Origin: Longimicrobiales bacterium
Lineage (GTDB): Bacteria > Gemmatimonadota > Gemmatimonadetes > Longimicrobiales > Gaopeijiaceae
Assembly: GCA_965203485.1 (NCBI GenBank)
Contig: OZ241892.1
Span: forward strand, 2,560,001-2,624,000
DNA length: 64,000 nucleotides
Direction of reading: 5' to 3'
Notes under the pieces: generated by a model
What the model was told of the DNA's origin: nothing
What the model saw: the letters and a program-made list of their open reading frames with translations, nothing else
Database searches by the model: none
Part shown: positions 53,356 to 64,000 of the stretch, piece by piece
How positions within the stretch are numbered: the stretch's first letter is position 1
How the letters are laid out: every line of letters begins with the position of its first letter
Made by a program: the position numbers and the translations under genes

Positions 53356-54240
53356 ATGGGATTCGCAGCGCTCGCGGTGGTGGTGGTCCTCGTCGGCTTC
53401 GTCATTCGCATGCTGCCGGCAGGTCCGGGCAAGCTGCCCACCAAGCCGGCGGGGTACGCAGTCATGGGCCTGGGGCTGGTTCTCATGGCCATGAACACGT
53501 TCGTCGTCATCGGAGTCGGCGAGGTGGGGGTCCAGCGGTTCCTCGGGCGAGTCACGGAGCAGCCGCTGCGAGAAGGCGTCCGGCTCGTTAACCCGCTGGC
53601 CTCGATCGAGAAGATGTCCATCCGCGAGCAGTCGTTTCCGACATCCGGCGTGGAGAAGATCGAAGCGCAGACCTCCGAGCAGCTCAACGTCGCGCTGGAC
53701 GTGTCGGTCGTCTTCAAGATCGACGGCGGCAACGCGCCGACCCTGTTCCGCGAGATCGGCAGCGAACGCCGAATCAAGGAGATCTACGTGCTCAACGCGG
53801 TGCGCAACGGCGTTCGCGACGCCGTGGCCACCAAGTCGATCAACGAGATATTCTCGCCGAACCGGCGCGAGCTCGCGGGCAACATGAAGGCGGAGATCCA
53901 GGCCAAGGCCGGCGAGACGATCGTCGTGGAGGACGTGTTCGTGCGCGACATCCAGGCCCCGCAGCGCGTCCGCGAGGCGATCGAGCAGAAGCTGGAGCGC
54001 GAGCAGCAGGTCGCGGCGGAGGAGTTCCAGACCCAGATCATCCAGGAGCGTGCCCGCCAGCAAGCCGAAGAGGCGAAGGGGATCGCCGAGGCGCAGCGGA
54101 TCATCACCGAGGGGCTGTCGCCGGAGTACCTGACGTTCTACTACATCCAGCAGCTGGCGGAAATGCCCGAGGGGTCGGTGATCTACGTGCCGACGGAGGC
54201 CGGCATTCCCCTGATCCGCAGCCTGGGTGGCGGCAACTAG
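53356..54240 (+). CDS. SPFH/prohibitin family membrane protein
   Basis: GEVGV..LG, EG...VNP, AIEQK, AEEAKGIAEAQRII. Confidence 0.9.
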   Translation: MGFAALAVVVVLVGFVIRMLPAGPGKLPTKPAGYAVMGLGLVLMAMNTFVVIGVGEVGVQRFLGRVTEQPLREGVRLVNPLASIEKMSIREQSFPTSGVEKIEAQTSEQLNVALDVSVVFKIDGGNAPTLFREIGSERRIKEIYVLNAVRNGVRDAVATKSINEIFSPNRRELAGNMKAEIQAKAGETIVVEDVFVRDIQAPQRVREAIEQKLEREQQVAAEEFQTQIIQERARQQAEEAKGIAEAQRIITEGLSPEYLTFYYIQQLAEMPEGSVIYVPTEAGIPLIRSLGGGN

Positions 54241-54277
54241 CTCCCCGCGCGGGGCCGCCCGGCAACCTGCCGGACGG

Positions 54278-55399
54278 GTGGCGGAGGCGAGGCGCAAGCG
54301 ACTGCGGCGCTGGTGCGCGACGGCCGTCGTCGCCGCCACCGTGCCGGGCGTCCTCTGGGCCGGCGCCGGATGTTCGCCGATGTACGTGCTTCGGGCGGGA
54401 TGGGCGGAGGCGAAGATCCTGCGCGCCCGCCAGCCCATTCCCGACGTGATACTGGCGCCGGGGACCGACGAGCGCACGCGCGGCAAGCTGACGCTGGCCA
54501 GAGAGGCCCGGGAGTTCGCGCGGACCGGCTTGGCGCTGGACGTGGGGGACAGCTACACGACCTTCGTGCAGCTTGAACGCGATACGCTCGCGATGGTGCT
54601 CTCCGCCGCCTATCGCGACCGGCTGACGCCGCGCACCTGGTGGTTTCCCATCGTGGGCCGCGTTCCCTACCGGGGCTACTTCGACCTGGACGACGCGCTG
54701 CGCGCCCAGGAGGAGCTGGAAGACGAGGGGTTCGACACCTACCTGAGGCCCACGGCCGCCTTCAGCACGCTGGGATGGTTCTCCGATCCGCTGCTCTCGA
54801 CCACGCTGCGCTACGACGAGGTCGAGCTGGTGACGACGATCGTTCACGAGCTGTCCCACAACCACCTCTACTTGCCCGGCAAGAGCCGCTTCAACGAAAG
54901 CTTCGCCACCTGGGTCGGACGGGTGGGCGCGATCGAGTTCTTCTGCACGCGCGACGGCGGCGGGCCGGACACCGTCTGGTGCGGCCGGGCGCGCGACAGG
55001 TGGCAGGACGCGATGCTGTTCTCGGCCTTCGTCGACGAGCTGGTGATCGACTTGCGGCGGGTCTACCGCGACTCGGCTTCGTCGGCGCAGGACAAGCTCG
55101 CCCGCCGCGACGCCGTGTTCGAACGCCACCGGGACCGCTTTCGGGCGGACGTGCAGCCCCGGCTGCGATCGCTGAGCTTCGGCGGCTTCCTCGCGCTCCC
55201 GCTCAACAACGCCACGTTGCTGAGCCGCATGCGCTACTACCACCGGCTGCCCGACTTTCAGCAGTTCCTCGACCGTCGCGGAGGAAGCCTCGCCGTCGCC
55301 GTGGCGGCGATCGCCGGAGACGCAGCCGAGGCCGACGACCCGTTCGCCCTGCTGGCAACTCCGCGACGGGACGGCGGCGCGCCGAGCACGCGCGACTGA
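54278..55399 (+). CDS. Putative zinc aminopeptidase (DUF2265-like)
   Basis: WWFPIVGRVPYRGYF, AFSTLGWFSDP, HELSH..FNESFA. Start uncertain. Confidence 0.85.
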   Translation: MAEARRKRLRRWCATAVVAATVPGVLWAGAGCSPMYVLRAGWAEAKILRARQPIPDVILAPGTDERTRGKLTLAREAREFARTGLALDVGDSYTTFVQLERDTLAMVLSAAYRDRLTPRTWWFPIVGRVPYRGYFDLDDALRAQEELEDEGFDTYLRPTAAFSTLGWFSDPLLSTTLRYDEVELVTTIVHELSHNHLYLPGKSRFNESFATWVGRVGAIEFFCTRDGGGPDTVWCGRARDRWQDAMLFSAFVDELVIDLRRVYRDSASSAQDKLARRDAVFERHRDRFRADVQPRLRSLSFGGFLALPLNNATLLSRMRYYHRLPDFQQFLDRRGGSLAVAVAAIAGDAAEADDPFALLATPRRDGGAPSTRD

Positions 55400-55495
55400 C
55401 CAAGCTCCCGGGGTTCGACATCCGTGCGTCGCCGCATCGATTTTCGGTGCCGTCGCCGTCGCGCGACTGACCGGGCTCCCGGGGTTCGACGTCCG
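55389..55495. repeat. Two 36-bp direct repeats (33/36 identical) separated by 35 bp
   Basis: CGCGCGACTGACCAAGCTCCCGGGGTTCGACATCCG (55389-55424) and CGCGCGACTGACCGGGCTCCCGGGGTTCGACGTCCG (55460-55495). Confidence 0.85.
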
Positions 55496-55592
55496 CCCCG
55501 GCGCCCTGTCGCCTTCGCTTTAGCTTTCTTCGTCGCCCAAGCGGCCGCCGCGCTCGCCGCTCGGGCCGCGCGCCCGCCGTCCCCGCCGCTCT

Positions 55593-58094
55593 TTGCCGCC
55601 ATTGTCTTCGACCACCGTCCGGACTTCGCGCCCCACGCGAGGGTACGATCCCGTTGCCGTGGAGCGGCGGTGGCGCGAGACCTGGGACCGCGAAGGGACC
55701 AACGCGCTGACCCTCGACCGGCTCCGCACGGCGAAGCGGCCCTTCTTCAATCTGATGATGTTCCCCTATCCGTCGGCGGAGGGGCTGCACGTCGGCAACA
55801 TCTACGCGTTCACGGGGGCCGACGTCCACGGACGCTTCAAGCGAATGCAGGGCTACGACGTCTTCGAGCCCATCGGCTTCGACGCCTTCGGCATCCACTC
55901 CGAGAACTTCGCGCTCAAGACCGGGGTTCACCCGATGGAGCTGATCCCGGCGAACATCGCCAACTTCCGGCGGCAGCTGCGGCGCATCGGCGGCATGTTC
56001 GACTGGGACCACACCGTCGACACGACCGATCCGCGCTACTACAAGTGGACGCAGTGGCTCTTCCTGCAACTCTTCAAGCGAGGCTTGGCGGAGCACAAGG
56101 AGGCGCCGGTCAACTGGTGTCCGTCGTGCATGACCGTGCTGGCCAACGAGCAGGTGATCGCGGGGGCTTGCGAGCGGTGCGCGACGCCGGTGGAGCAGCG
56201 GCGCGTGCGGCAGTGGTTCTTCAAGATCACCGACTACGCCGAGCGTCTGTTGCGGAACCTGGACCGGATCGACTGGTCCGAGTCCACGCTGAAGGCGCAA
56301 CGCAACTGGATCGGGCGCTCGCAAGGGGCGTTGATCCGCTTTCCGGTGGCGGACGGCGGCGAGGACGCGGAGCCGGCCGTCGAGGTCTTCACGACGCGGC
56401 CCGACACGCTGTGCGGCGCCACGTACGTGGTCCTGGCTCCCGAGCATCCCATGGTGGCCGCCTTGACCAGCGACGGCCAGCGGGCCGACGTGGAGGCATA
56501 CGTCGCGGCGAGCGGGGCGAGGGACTTGGTGGCCCGGCAGAAGGCGGGCGCCGGCAAGACGGGCGTCTGGACGGGCGCCTGCTGCGTCAATCCGGGTACG
56601 GGCGAGCGGGTGCCCGTGTGGGTGGCCGACTACGTGCTGACGGGGTACGGGACGGGCGCGATCATGGCGGTGCCCGCCCACGACCAGCGCGACTTCGAGT
56701 TCGCCAACACGTTCGGCCTGGAGGTTCGCCGCGTGGTGGCGCCGCCGGGATGCGACGCTTCTTCGCCGGTGGACGGGGCGTACGACGGCGCGGACGGCGT
56801 GCTCGTCAACTCCGGCCGGTACGACGGACTCCCCGTGGAGGACGCCAAGCTCGCCGTGGTGGACGACTTGGCCGGGACGGGCCGCGCCGAATCGCGCGTC
56901 AACTACCGGCTGCACGACTGGTGCATCTCCCGGCAGCGGTACTGGGGTCCTCCGATCCCCGTCGTCCACTGTCCGGACTGCGGTCCCGTGGCCGTCCCCG
57001 AGGAGGACCTGCCCGTCGAGCTTCCCCACGTGAGCGACTTCCGGCCCGACGACTCGGGCACGAGCCCGCTGGCACGGATCCGCGACTGGTACCAAGCCGC
57101 CTGCCCCGACTGCGGCGGGCCCGCCACCCGCGAGACCGACGTCTCCGACACCTTTCTGGACAGCGCCTGGTACTTCCTGCGCTACCCGTCCACCGACTTC
57201 GACGACCGCGCGTTCGACCCGGAGATCACGAGCCGCTGGCTGCCCGTCCACGCCTACATCGGCGGCAACGAGCACGCCGTGCTGCACCTCCTCTACTCGC
57301 GCTTCGTGGTGATGGCGCTTCACGACATGGAGATGCTGGAGTTCGAGGAGCCCTACGCGCAGTTCCGCGCCCACGGCCTGATCGTCCGCGAGGGCGCGAA
57401 GATGTCCAAGAGCCGGGGCAACGTGATCATCCCCGACGCCATCATCGAGAAGTACGGCGCGGACACGTTCCGTCTCTACCTGATGTTCCTGGGACCGTTC
57501 ATGGAGGGAGGGGACTACCAGGACAAGGGCATCGCCGGACCGCACGGGTTCCTGCACCGGCTGTGGGAATCGGTCGCGCCGGAGGACGGCGAGCTGCCGG
57601 ACGAGCCTCCCGGCCGGGCCGTCGAGCGGCTGCTGCACCGGACGATCGAGCGCGTGACGGAGCAAGTGGCCGCGCTACGCTACAACACGGCGGTCGCGGC
57701 CATGATGGAGTACCTCAACGCGGTGCGCGCGGGAGGGCGCGCGCCGCGCCGGGGCGAGGTGGAGCCGTTGGTGCTGATGGTCGCCCCGTTCGCGCCGCAC
57801 CTCGCCGAGGAGCTCTGGCGGCGCCTGGGCCATCGCGGCAGCATCTTCGACGGCGCGCGCTGGCCGACCTTCGACCCGGAGAAGGCCCGCGAGGAGCGAG
57901 TGGGCCTGGCCGTGCAGGTGAACGGCAAGGTGCGCGGCCAAGTCGGCGCTCCGGCCGGCGTGGGGAGGGAGCGCGCGGTGGCGCTGGCGCGCGAGGCCGA
58001 GAACGTGGCCCGATACTTGCAAGGACGATCGGTGCGCAAGGTGGTCTTCGTGCCGGGCCGCCTCGTCAACTTCGTCGTCGACGATTCCCGGTAG
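55593..58094 (+). CDS. leuS: Leucine--tRNA ligase
   Basis: [45 protein letters not shown]. Confidence 0.97.
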   Translation: MPPLSSTTVRTSRPTRGYDPVAVERRWRETWDREGTNALTLDRLRTAKRPFFNLMMFPYPSAEGLHVGNIYAFTGADVHGRFKRMQGYDVFEPIGFDAFGIHSENFALKTGVHPMELIPANIANFRRQLRRIGGMFDWDHTVDTTDPRYYKWTQWLFLQLFKRGLAEHKEAPVNWCPSCMTVLANEQVIAGACERCATPVEQRRVRQWFFKITDYAERLLRNLDRIDWSESTLKAQRNWIGRSQGALIRFPVADGGEDAEPAVEVFTTRPDTLCGATYVVLAPEHPMVAALTSDGQRADVEAYVAASGARDLVARQKAGAGKTGVWTGACCVNPGTGERVPVWVADYVLTGYGTGAIMAVPAHDQRDFEFANTFGLEVRRVVAPPGCDASSPVDGAYDGADGVLVNSGRYDGLPVEDAKLAVVDDLAGTGRAESRVNYRLHDWCISRQRYWGPPIPVVHCPDCGPVAVPEEDLPVELPHVSDFRPDDSGTSPLARIRDWYQAACPDCGGPATRETDVSDTFLDSAWYFLRYPSTDFDDRAFDPEITSRWLPVHAYIGGNEHAVLHLLYSRFVVMALHDMEMLEFEEPYAQFRAHGLIVREGAKMSKSRGNVIIPDAIIEKYGADTFRLYLMFLGPFMEGGDYQDKGIAGPHGFLHRLWESVAPEDGELPDEPPGRAVERLLHRTIERVTEQVAALRYNTAVAAMMEYLNAVRAGGRAPRRGEVEPLVLMVAPFAPHLAEELWRRLGHRGSIFDGARWPTFDPEKAREERVGLAVQVNGKVRGQVGAPAGVGRERAVALAREAENVARYLQGRSVRKVVFVPGRLVNFVVDDSR

Positions 58095-58111
58095 AGCAAG
58101 GCGAGAGAGCA

Positions 58112-60157
58112 GTGCCGGACAGAGAAAAGCTGGCCATCGACGCGATCAAGGCGCTCGCGATGGACGCCGTGCAGGCCGCCGCTTCCGGGCATCCGGGCAC
58201 GCCGATGGCCCTGGCGCCTCTCGGATACGTCCTATGGACGCGACACCTGCGACACAATCCTGCGAATCCGGCCTGGATCGACCGCGACCGCTTCGTCCTC
58301 TCGGCAGGCCACGCGTCGATGCTCCTGTACGCGCTGCTGCACCTGAGCGGCTACGACTTGTCGATCGACGAGATCCGCCGCTTCCGCCAGTGGGGCTCGA
58401 GAACCCCGGGGCACCCCGAGCACGGCTGCACCCCGGGCGTCGAGACCACCACCGGGCCGCTCGGGCAGGGCGTGGCCAACTCGGTCGGCATGGCGCTCGC
58501 CGAGCGCTGGCTGGCGGCGCGATTCAACCGTCCGGGCCACGAGATCGTCGATCATCGCACGTACGCCGTGTGCTCGGACGGCGACCTGATGGAGGGCGTC
58601 TCGCACGAGGCCGCCGAGCTGGCCGGCCACCAGCGGCTGGGCAAGCTGATCTGGGTCTTCGACGACAACCGCATCACCATCGAGGGAGACGCCGCGCTCG
58701 CCGTCTCGACGAACCAGGCGCGCCGCTTCGAGAGCTACGGATGGCAGACGCTGCGCGTGGAGGACGGCGCGGACGCGGACGCGATCGACGCGGCGCTCGC
58801 CGACGCCAAGGCCGAGGCGGACCGGCCAAGCTTGATCGTGCTGCGGACCACCATCGCCGACGGGAGCCCCAACATGGCGGGGCTGGCGTCCACGCACGGG
58901 GCGCCCCTCGGGCACGACGAGGTGGCGGCCACCAAGCGCCATGTCGGGTATCCGTCCGGCGAGCCGTTCCACGTTCCGGCCGAGGCTCTGGCCCACTGGC
59001 GCGACAAGGGCGCGGAGGCCGCCCGGCACGAGGACGCTTGGAAGCGCCGCTTCGCCAAGTACGAGGCGGAGCACCCCGAGCTGGCGTCGTCGCTGCTGGC
59101 CTCGTTGGCCGGCGATCTCCCGGACGGCTGGGACGAGGAGCTGCCGGACTTGGGCGGAGCCGACGGGGCGACCCGAGGGCATTCGGGCAAGGCGCTGCAG
59201 GCGGTGGCGCGCGGCGTTCCCTGGCTCGTCGGCGGCTCGGCGGACCTGGGCGGCTCCAACAAGACCGACATCGCCGGCGGCGGGGACCTGCTGGCCGGCA
59301 ACCCGGACGGGCGCGTAGTCCACTTCGGCGTTCGCGAGCACGCGATGGGCGCGGTCATGAACGGGATGGCGCTGCACGGCGGCGTGCGGCCCTTCGGCGG
59401 CACCTTCTTGGTGTTCTCCGACTACATGCGCCCCGCCGTTCGCTTGGCGGCGCTGATGGGCCTGCCCGTGATCTGGGTGTTCTCGCACGACAGCATCGGC
59501 CTGGGGGAGGACGGGCCGACGCACCAGCCGGTCGAGCACTTGGCCGCGCTGCGCGCCATTCCGGGACTCCTCGACTTGCGGCCCGCCGACGGCCCCGAAA
59601 CGGCCGAGGCGTGGCGCGCGGCGATGCGGCGAGCGGGCGGGCCTTCGTTCCTGTCGCTGACGAGACAGGCGGTGCCGGCAATCGAGCGAGGCGGACGGAC
59701 GGCGGGGGCGAGCGGGCTTCGCCGGGGAGGATACGTGCTGCGCGACGCGGTGGGCGGCGCCCCGGAGGCGGTGGTTGCGGCGTCGGGATCGGAAGTGCAC
59801 GTGGCGTTGGAAGCGCAACGGCGGTTGGAGCGGAGGGGCGCGCGGGTGCGCGTCGCCAGCCTGCCCAGCTGGCGCCTCTTCGCGGAACAGCCCGCCGCGT
59901 ACAGGGACGAGGTGATTCCGCCGGACGCGGCCAAGGTGTCGGTGGAGGCGGGCAGCACGATGGGGTGGGAGCGATGGATAGGAGCGGACGGGATAGCGGT
60001 GGGGATCGACGAGTTCGGGGCGTCCGCGCCCTACGAGGAGCTCTACGAGCGGTGCGGCGTGACGGCGGCGGCGGTCGAAGACGCGGCGCTGCGCGCGATG
60101 GCGCGGCCGCGGCGCGGGGCCGGGCCGGTCGAGCGCGCGGGAGGTTCGGGCCGGTGA
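58112..60157 (+). CDS. tkt: Transketolase
   Basis: [45 protein letters not shown]. Confidence 0.97.
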   Translation: MPDREKLAIDAIKALAMDAVQAAASGHPGTPMALAPLGYVLWTRHLRHNPANPAWIDRDRFVLSAGHASMLLYALLHLSGYDLSIDEIRRFRQWGSRTPGHPEHGCTPGVETTTGPLGQGVANSVGMALAERWLAARFNRPGHEIVDHRTYAVCSDGDLMEGVSHEAAELAGHQRLGKLIWVFDDNRITIEGDAALAVSTNQARRFESYGWQTLRVEDGADADAIDAALADAKAEADRPSLIVLRTTIADGSPNMAGLASTHGAPLGHDEVAATKRHVGYPSGEPFHVPAEALAHWRDKGAEAARHEDAWKRRFAKYEAEHPELASSLLASLAGDLPDGWDEELPDLGGADGATRGHSGKALQAVARGVPWLVGGSADLGGSNKTDIAGGGDLLAGNPDGRVVHFGVREHAMGAVMNGMALHGGVRPFGGTFLVFSDYMRPAVRLAALMGLPVIWVFSHDSIGLGEDGPTHQPVEHLAALRAIPGLLDLRPADGPETAEAWRAAMRRAGGPSFLSLTRQAVPAIERGGRTAGASGLRRGGYVLRDAVGGAPEAVVAASGSEVHVALEAQRRLERRGARVRVASLPSWRLFAEQPAAYRDEVIPPDAAKVSVEAGSTMGWERWIGADGIAVGIDEFGASAPYEELYERCGVTAAAVEDAALRAMARPRRGAGPVERAGGSGR

Positions 60158-62262
60158 GGAGCGCGGTCGGGCGCCGGCCGCCGCCGGGCCGGGCCGGCGA
60201 AGAGCGGGGCGACGCCCGCGGAGCCTTGATTCGAGCGGGCGTCGTGGCGGCGGTCGCGGCGGTCCTGCTTCCGGCGAACGTCCACGGCCAGGAGGACACG
60301 CTCAAGGCGATTCGCGTTCAGGGCGTGCGCGTCGTGGCGGCTCGCCCGTCGGCGACCGCGGGCGGCGCCAGCACCGTGACGATCTCGCTCGACTCGGCCG
60401 GCGTCGCGGCGGCCCCGACCGCCGAGGAGCTCCTCCGCCGGATGCCCGTCATCCAGCTCAGGGCCAACTCGCGCGGCGAAGTCCAGCCGAACCTCCGCGG
60501 CGCCGAGGACCGCCAGATCGCCGTGCTCCTCGACGGCATTCCCCTCACGCTGGGCTGGGACCATCGCACGGACCTGTCGATCGTCCCGCTGACGGCGGTG
60601 CGGCGCGTCACGCTGTTGCGGGAACTGTCGTCGATCCTGCACGGCCCGAACGTGCTCGGCGGCGCAGTGGAGTTCGACGTCGTGGGCGGAGCGCGGCGCC
60701 AGAGCGCGGCGCCGCCGATCGCCGGGGCGCTGTCGATCGACCAAGAGGGCGGCATCGGCGCAGGCGCCACCGCCGAGATGCGGTTGGACCGCACGCGGTC
60801 GTCGTGGACGTTGCGGACAGGCGCCGGATTTCGCGCCCGGCAGGGCGTCACGCTGCCCGGCGCGGCACTTGCCGACCAGCGCCTCCGCCCGGTCCTCCTC
60901 GCCAACGACGACGGCCTGAGGCTCAACTCCGACCGCAAGCAAGCGGACGGGTTCGTGGCGGCGCGCTACGAAGCGGACGGCGGCGCGTGGCTGTCGAGTC
61001 TCGCAACGGTGTTCGAGACGGACCGGGGCGTGCCGCCCGAGGCTCACGTGGCCGAACCCAGGCTGTGGCGCTACCCGAGCCAGAACCGCGTGTTCGTGAC
61101 GGCGTCGGGGGGCACGGGCGAACGCCGCACGCCCCTGGGAGCCACGCAACTCGAAACCAACTTCGGCTTCGACCGGTCGGAGACGCACATCGACGAATAC
61201 GCGACGCCCGCTTACGAATCGGTGACCGGCGGCGAGACCGGCGCGACGACGACGCTCACCGGACGCTTGGTCGGCGAGCACGCCTTCAACTCGGAGTGGG
61301 TGGAGATCGGCTTCGCCACGACGTTCGCCAGCGTCAGCCATCGAGAGGCCCCGCAAGACGGGCCGCCCCTGGACTACCTGCAACGCCTCTGGAGCGTGGG
61401 CACGGAACTCCGCGTCGGCAACCGGCAAGACGGATCCGGGACGCTGTGGACGGCGGGCGTGGCTCTCGACGGCGCAAACACGCCCAAGTCGGGCGACAAG
61501 CCCAAGTTGGGCAACCTGGCCGACTGGGCGTTTCGAACGGGCATCACTCGCGCGTCGGGCGGCGGCCGCGTCCTCTATCACGCCTCCGTCAGCCGCCGCG
61601 ACCGCTTTCCGTCTCTGCGCGAACTCTACTCGGGCGCCCTGGGGCGCTTCGAGCCCAACCCATCCCTGCGGCCGGAGGCCCTGGTGGCCGCCGAAGCCGG
61701 CGTGACCGTCGGCCTGGACGTCGGCCAGTTCCAGCTGACGACCTTCCACCATCGTCTCGGCGGCGGCATCGTGCGCACCACGCTCCCCGGACCGACGGGC
61801 ACGAAGTTCATCCGCGTGAACCGCCACGAGGTGCGGTCCAGCGGCGTCGAGCTCGTAGTCGGGGGCGGCTCCGGCCCGTTCTCGTACGGCGGAGACTTGA
61901 CGTTGCAACGCGTGCGGATCGTGGACCCGTCCGTGCCGGACGGAGACGACCGCGCCGAGTACGAGCCCGCGCTTTCCGGAATGGCGACACTCTCCGCGCC
62001 GGGCCCGTGGGGGCTGGCGTTGAGCGGCACCGTGCGCTTTCGCGGCTCGCAGTACTGCCGGAGCGTGGACGCGCCGGGCATGGAGCCCGTGCCCCCCAGC
62101 ACGACGTTGGACTTCGAAGCGCGGCGCACCTTCCTCACGAAGGGAGGCCGCTCCCTCGGCGGCGCCGTGGCGATCGCAAACGCCGGCGATTCAATGGTGT
62201 TGGACCAGTGCGGACTTCCCCAGCCCGGACGCACCGTCAGGATTCAGTTCAACCTTCGCTGA
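60154..62262 (+). CDS. TonB-dependent receptor
   Basis: Signal peptide, plug ([23 protein letters not shown]), NPSLRPE, C-terminal [12 protein letters not shown]. Confidence 0.9.
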   Translation: MRSAVGRRPPPGRAGEERGDARGALIRAGVVAAVAAVLLPANVHGQEDTLKAIRVQGVRVVAARPSATAGGASTVTISLDSAGVAAAPTAEELLRRMPVIQLRANSRGEVQPNLRGAEDRQIAVLLDGIPLTLGWDHRTDLSIVPLTAVRRVTLLRELSSILHGPNVLGGAVEFDVVGGARRQSAAPPIAGALSIDQEGGIGAGATAEMRLDRTRSSWTLRTGAGFRARQGVTLPGAALADQRLRPVLLANDDGLRLNSDRKQADGFVAARYEADGGAWLSSLATVFETDRGVPPEAHVAEPRLWRYPSQNRVFVTASGGTGERRTPLGATQLETNFGFDRSETHIDEYATPAYESVTGGETGATTTLTGRLVGEHAFNSEWVEIGFATTFASVSHREAPQDGPPLDYLQRLWSVGTELRVGNRQDGSGTLWTAGVALDGANTPKSGDKPKLGNLADWAFRTGITRASGGGRVLYHASVSRRDRFPSLRELYSGALGRFEPNPSLRPEALVAAEAGVTVGLDVGQFQLTTFHHRLGGGIVRTTLPGPTGTKFIRVNRHEVRSSGVELVVGGGSGPFSYGGDLTLQRVRIVDPSVPDGDDRAEYEPALSGMATLSAPGPWGLALSGTVRFRGSQYCRSVDAPGMEPVPPSTTLDFEARRTFLTKGGRSLGGAVAIANAGDSMVLDQCGLPQPGRTVRIQFNLR

Positions 62263-62347
62263 AGCCGTCGGCCGCGCGCCGGCGCCCCGGACGCCCGCGG
62301 GTCGCGCGGAGCCTTGCTCGCCGGGGGATTCGAGGACGTCCGCGGGC

Positions 62348-63295
62348 CTAGATGGCCTCGAGCGCCGCGGCGTCCAGCCATCCGACCCTGCCGTCGGCGA
62401 GCACGATCTCGGCCCAGCTCCCGGAGCGGCGGTCGATGCGGACCTTGGCGCCTTCGTGGATGGTGAAGAGAGCCAAGCCGTCGGACGAAGGCGCGCTGAC
62501 GGCCTGCGCCTCGGCGGCCGTCACGACGGCTTCCTCCGGGTGGGCCCAGTCCGCTTCCTTGGCGGCCAGAGTGACGGCCAGCGCGACGAAGGCCGTCCCG
62601 GCCGTCCACGCGGCTGCTCGCAACGCTCGGCGGGCCCTGCGCGGGCGGCCGAGGACGAGCAACGCCAGCGCCGTGCCAAGGGCCACGTACGCGGCGGCGA
62701 CGGCCAGCCCGACGGCGCCGCGGGGCCAGAGCGCCAGCCACCAGTCGGCCGCCGCCGACAGCCAGAAGCGCGGGAGCGGCTCGAAGCGATCGCGGAGCCG
62801 CTGGGTGACCAGCGCGAGGTTGGCGCGCGCGTCGTCGTGGCCGGGTTCCAGGCGGAGCGCCCTCTCGTAGGCGAGCACGGCGGGGCCCAGTCGGCCCAGC
62901 CGGTAGTGGGCGTTGCCGAGGTTGTAGTGGAGCGCGGCGGATTCCAGTCCCGCCTCGAGCACCGAGGCGTAGGCGGCGGCCGCGGCTTCGAAGTCGCCTT
63001 CCCCGTAGAGCGCGTTGCCACGATCGAAGCCGTCCTCTTGGGCCGCCGCCGGGTCGCTGGAAGAGCCCAGGCGGGTCGCGCGGCCCGGCGTCGTGCCGGC
63101 GGCGGCGAGAAAGCGGCCGGCCGGCGGCCAGCCAGTCATTCCCGCGAGCGTCGCGGCGGCCGCGGCGCCGGACGCGCCGACCGGCCGGAGCAAGGGAAGG
63201 ACCGGCGCCGCGGCAAGAATCAGCGCCGCGACGCCTAGCGGACGGACGACGGCGGGGGCCGAGAGCGCCGCGGCGGACGGACGACGGCCGCTCAC
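62348..63295 (-). CDS. batE: BatE-like TPR + SH3 protein
   Basis: FDRGNALY..HYNLGNAHYR..YERAL..DARANL; two TM helices; FTIHEGAKV..GWL. Follows batD. Confidence 0.75.
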   Translation of the reverse strand: MSGRRPSAAALSAPAVVRPLGVAALILAAAPVLPLLRPVGASGAAAAATLAGMTGWPPAGRFLAAAGTTPGRATRLGSSSDPAAAQEDGFDRGNALYGEGDFEAAAAAYASVLEAGLESAALHYNLGNAHYRLGRLGPAVLAYERALRLEPGHDDARANLALVTQRLRDRFEPLPRFWLSAAADWWLALWPRGAVGLAVAAAYVALGTALALLVLGRPRRARRALRAAAWTAGTAFVALAVTLAAKEADWAHPEEAVVTAAEAQAVSAPSSDGLALFTIHEGAKVRIDRRSGSWAEIVLADGRVGWLDAAALEAI

Positions 63296-64000
63296 GACTT
63301 CACCTCGTGCGCGAAGTCGTCCATCAGGGCCGCGGCCTCCTCCAGGGCCGCGTCCTGCGAAGTCGCGCCCGCCGGAGAAGGCGCGAAGCGCTCCCGGTCG
63401 CAACGGTCCAGGCATTCGAAGAGCCGGTCCAGCGTATGCTCGGCCACGCCCCGAGCTCCGGCGGCGCGCCGCACGTCGCTCCGCTCGAAACCGGCGGCGG
63501 CGAGGTTGAGCTTGTCCGCGACGAATCCCTGCAGTGCTCCGGCGAGCGCGGCGTGGAAGTCGCGCGAGTCTCCCCGGACCACGGATCTGGCCCGGGCCAA
63601 GCGCTTGTTCGCGATGCGTCGCGCCCGTCGCGCCCGGGCGTACGACACGTCAGCTTCGAGCCGGTCGCTGCGGCGGCGGACGGCCGCGGCGCCGGCCACG
63701 GCGGCCAACGGCAGCAGCGCAACGATCCAGAACGGCGCCGCGGCGAAAATGGAACGGTCCGTCCGGCGAAGACGCGGTTCGCCCGTGTGGATGAAGCGGA
63801 TGTCGTCGCGCAACGACTCGACGGACGCCGCCGCGCCCGGACGCCCTGCGGGCGCGGCGGCGCCCGGAACGGCGGCCACCTCGACTTCGATGGGCGAGGT
63901 GCGAGTGCGCAGGTACGCTTCGCGCCCGGGATCGAAGTAGGCCACCTCCACGGCGGGCAGGGCCAGCCTCCCCGGCGCCCTCGGCACGAGGACGTACTCG
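63292..64000 (-). CDS. batD: BatD-like protein (3' part)
   Basis: EYVLVPR..G.L.LP.VEVAYFDP, DDIRFI, TM helix, CDRERFAP. Confidence 0.75.
   Translation of the reverse strand, partial: EYVLVPRAPGRLALPAVEVAYFDPGREAYLRTRTSPIEVEVAAVPGAAAPAGRPGAAASVESLRDDIRFIHTGEPRLRRTDRSIFAAAPFWIVALLPLAAVAGAAAVRRRSDRLEADVSYARARRARRIANKRLARARSVVRGDSRDFHAALAGALQGFVADKLNLAAAGFERSDVRRAAGARGVAEHTLDRLFECLDRCDRERFAPSPAGATSQDAALEEAAALMDDFAHEVKS

Noticed and set aside
55389..55495. Formal CRISPR array call
   Set aside because: Only two imperfect repeats, no leader and no cas genes; kept as a repeat finding.

Overview
A very GC-rich window from a Gram-negative bacterium. The gene mix (TamA/TamB, Lgt, TonB-dependent receptor, Bat proteins, DUF4837-like lipoprotein, GH3/serine-hydrolase fusion, 6-bladed propeller) suggests Gemmatimonadota, which is inference only. 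All family calls come from motif recognition by eye, not from database searches. The backbone is housekeeping and envelope genes (lgt, tamAB, htpX, uvrA, pspA, ahcY, dnaE, leuS, tkt) plus a peptidoglycan-salvage cluster (NamZ, NagZ, NagZ/serine hydrolase, Na+/solute symporter, BadF-type kinase). The accessory parts are: (i) an operon at the left edge encoding a secreted six-Cys peptide, a beta-propeller protein and an ABC exporter; (ii) a lower-GC BsuBI/PstI-type methyltransferase-endonuclease fusion whose nuclease half is broken by an apparent internal deletion plus frameshift, next to a perfect 10-9-10 palindrome; (iii) an island at about 31-39 kb with a repeat/HTH protein, hsp20 under a sigma54-type promoter with two palindromic boxes, a complete 1530-bp IS with a CTAG duplication, a Clp-fold protease gene, and the deletion-collapsed relic of an SNF2 helicase/DUF1156/DUF499 defence system with a nested AAA_21/DUF4276 pair; (iv) a lipoprotein cytochrome c coupled to a Tat-exported sarcosine-oxidase-family flavoprotein. 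No tRNA, rRNA, cas gene or true CRISPR array was seen. One two-copy 36-bp repeat with a 35-bp spacer lies upstream of leuS.
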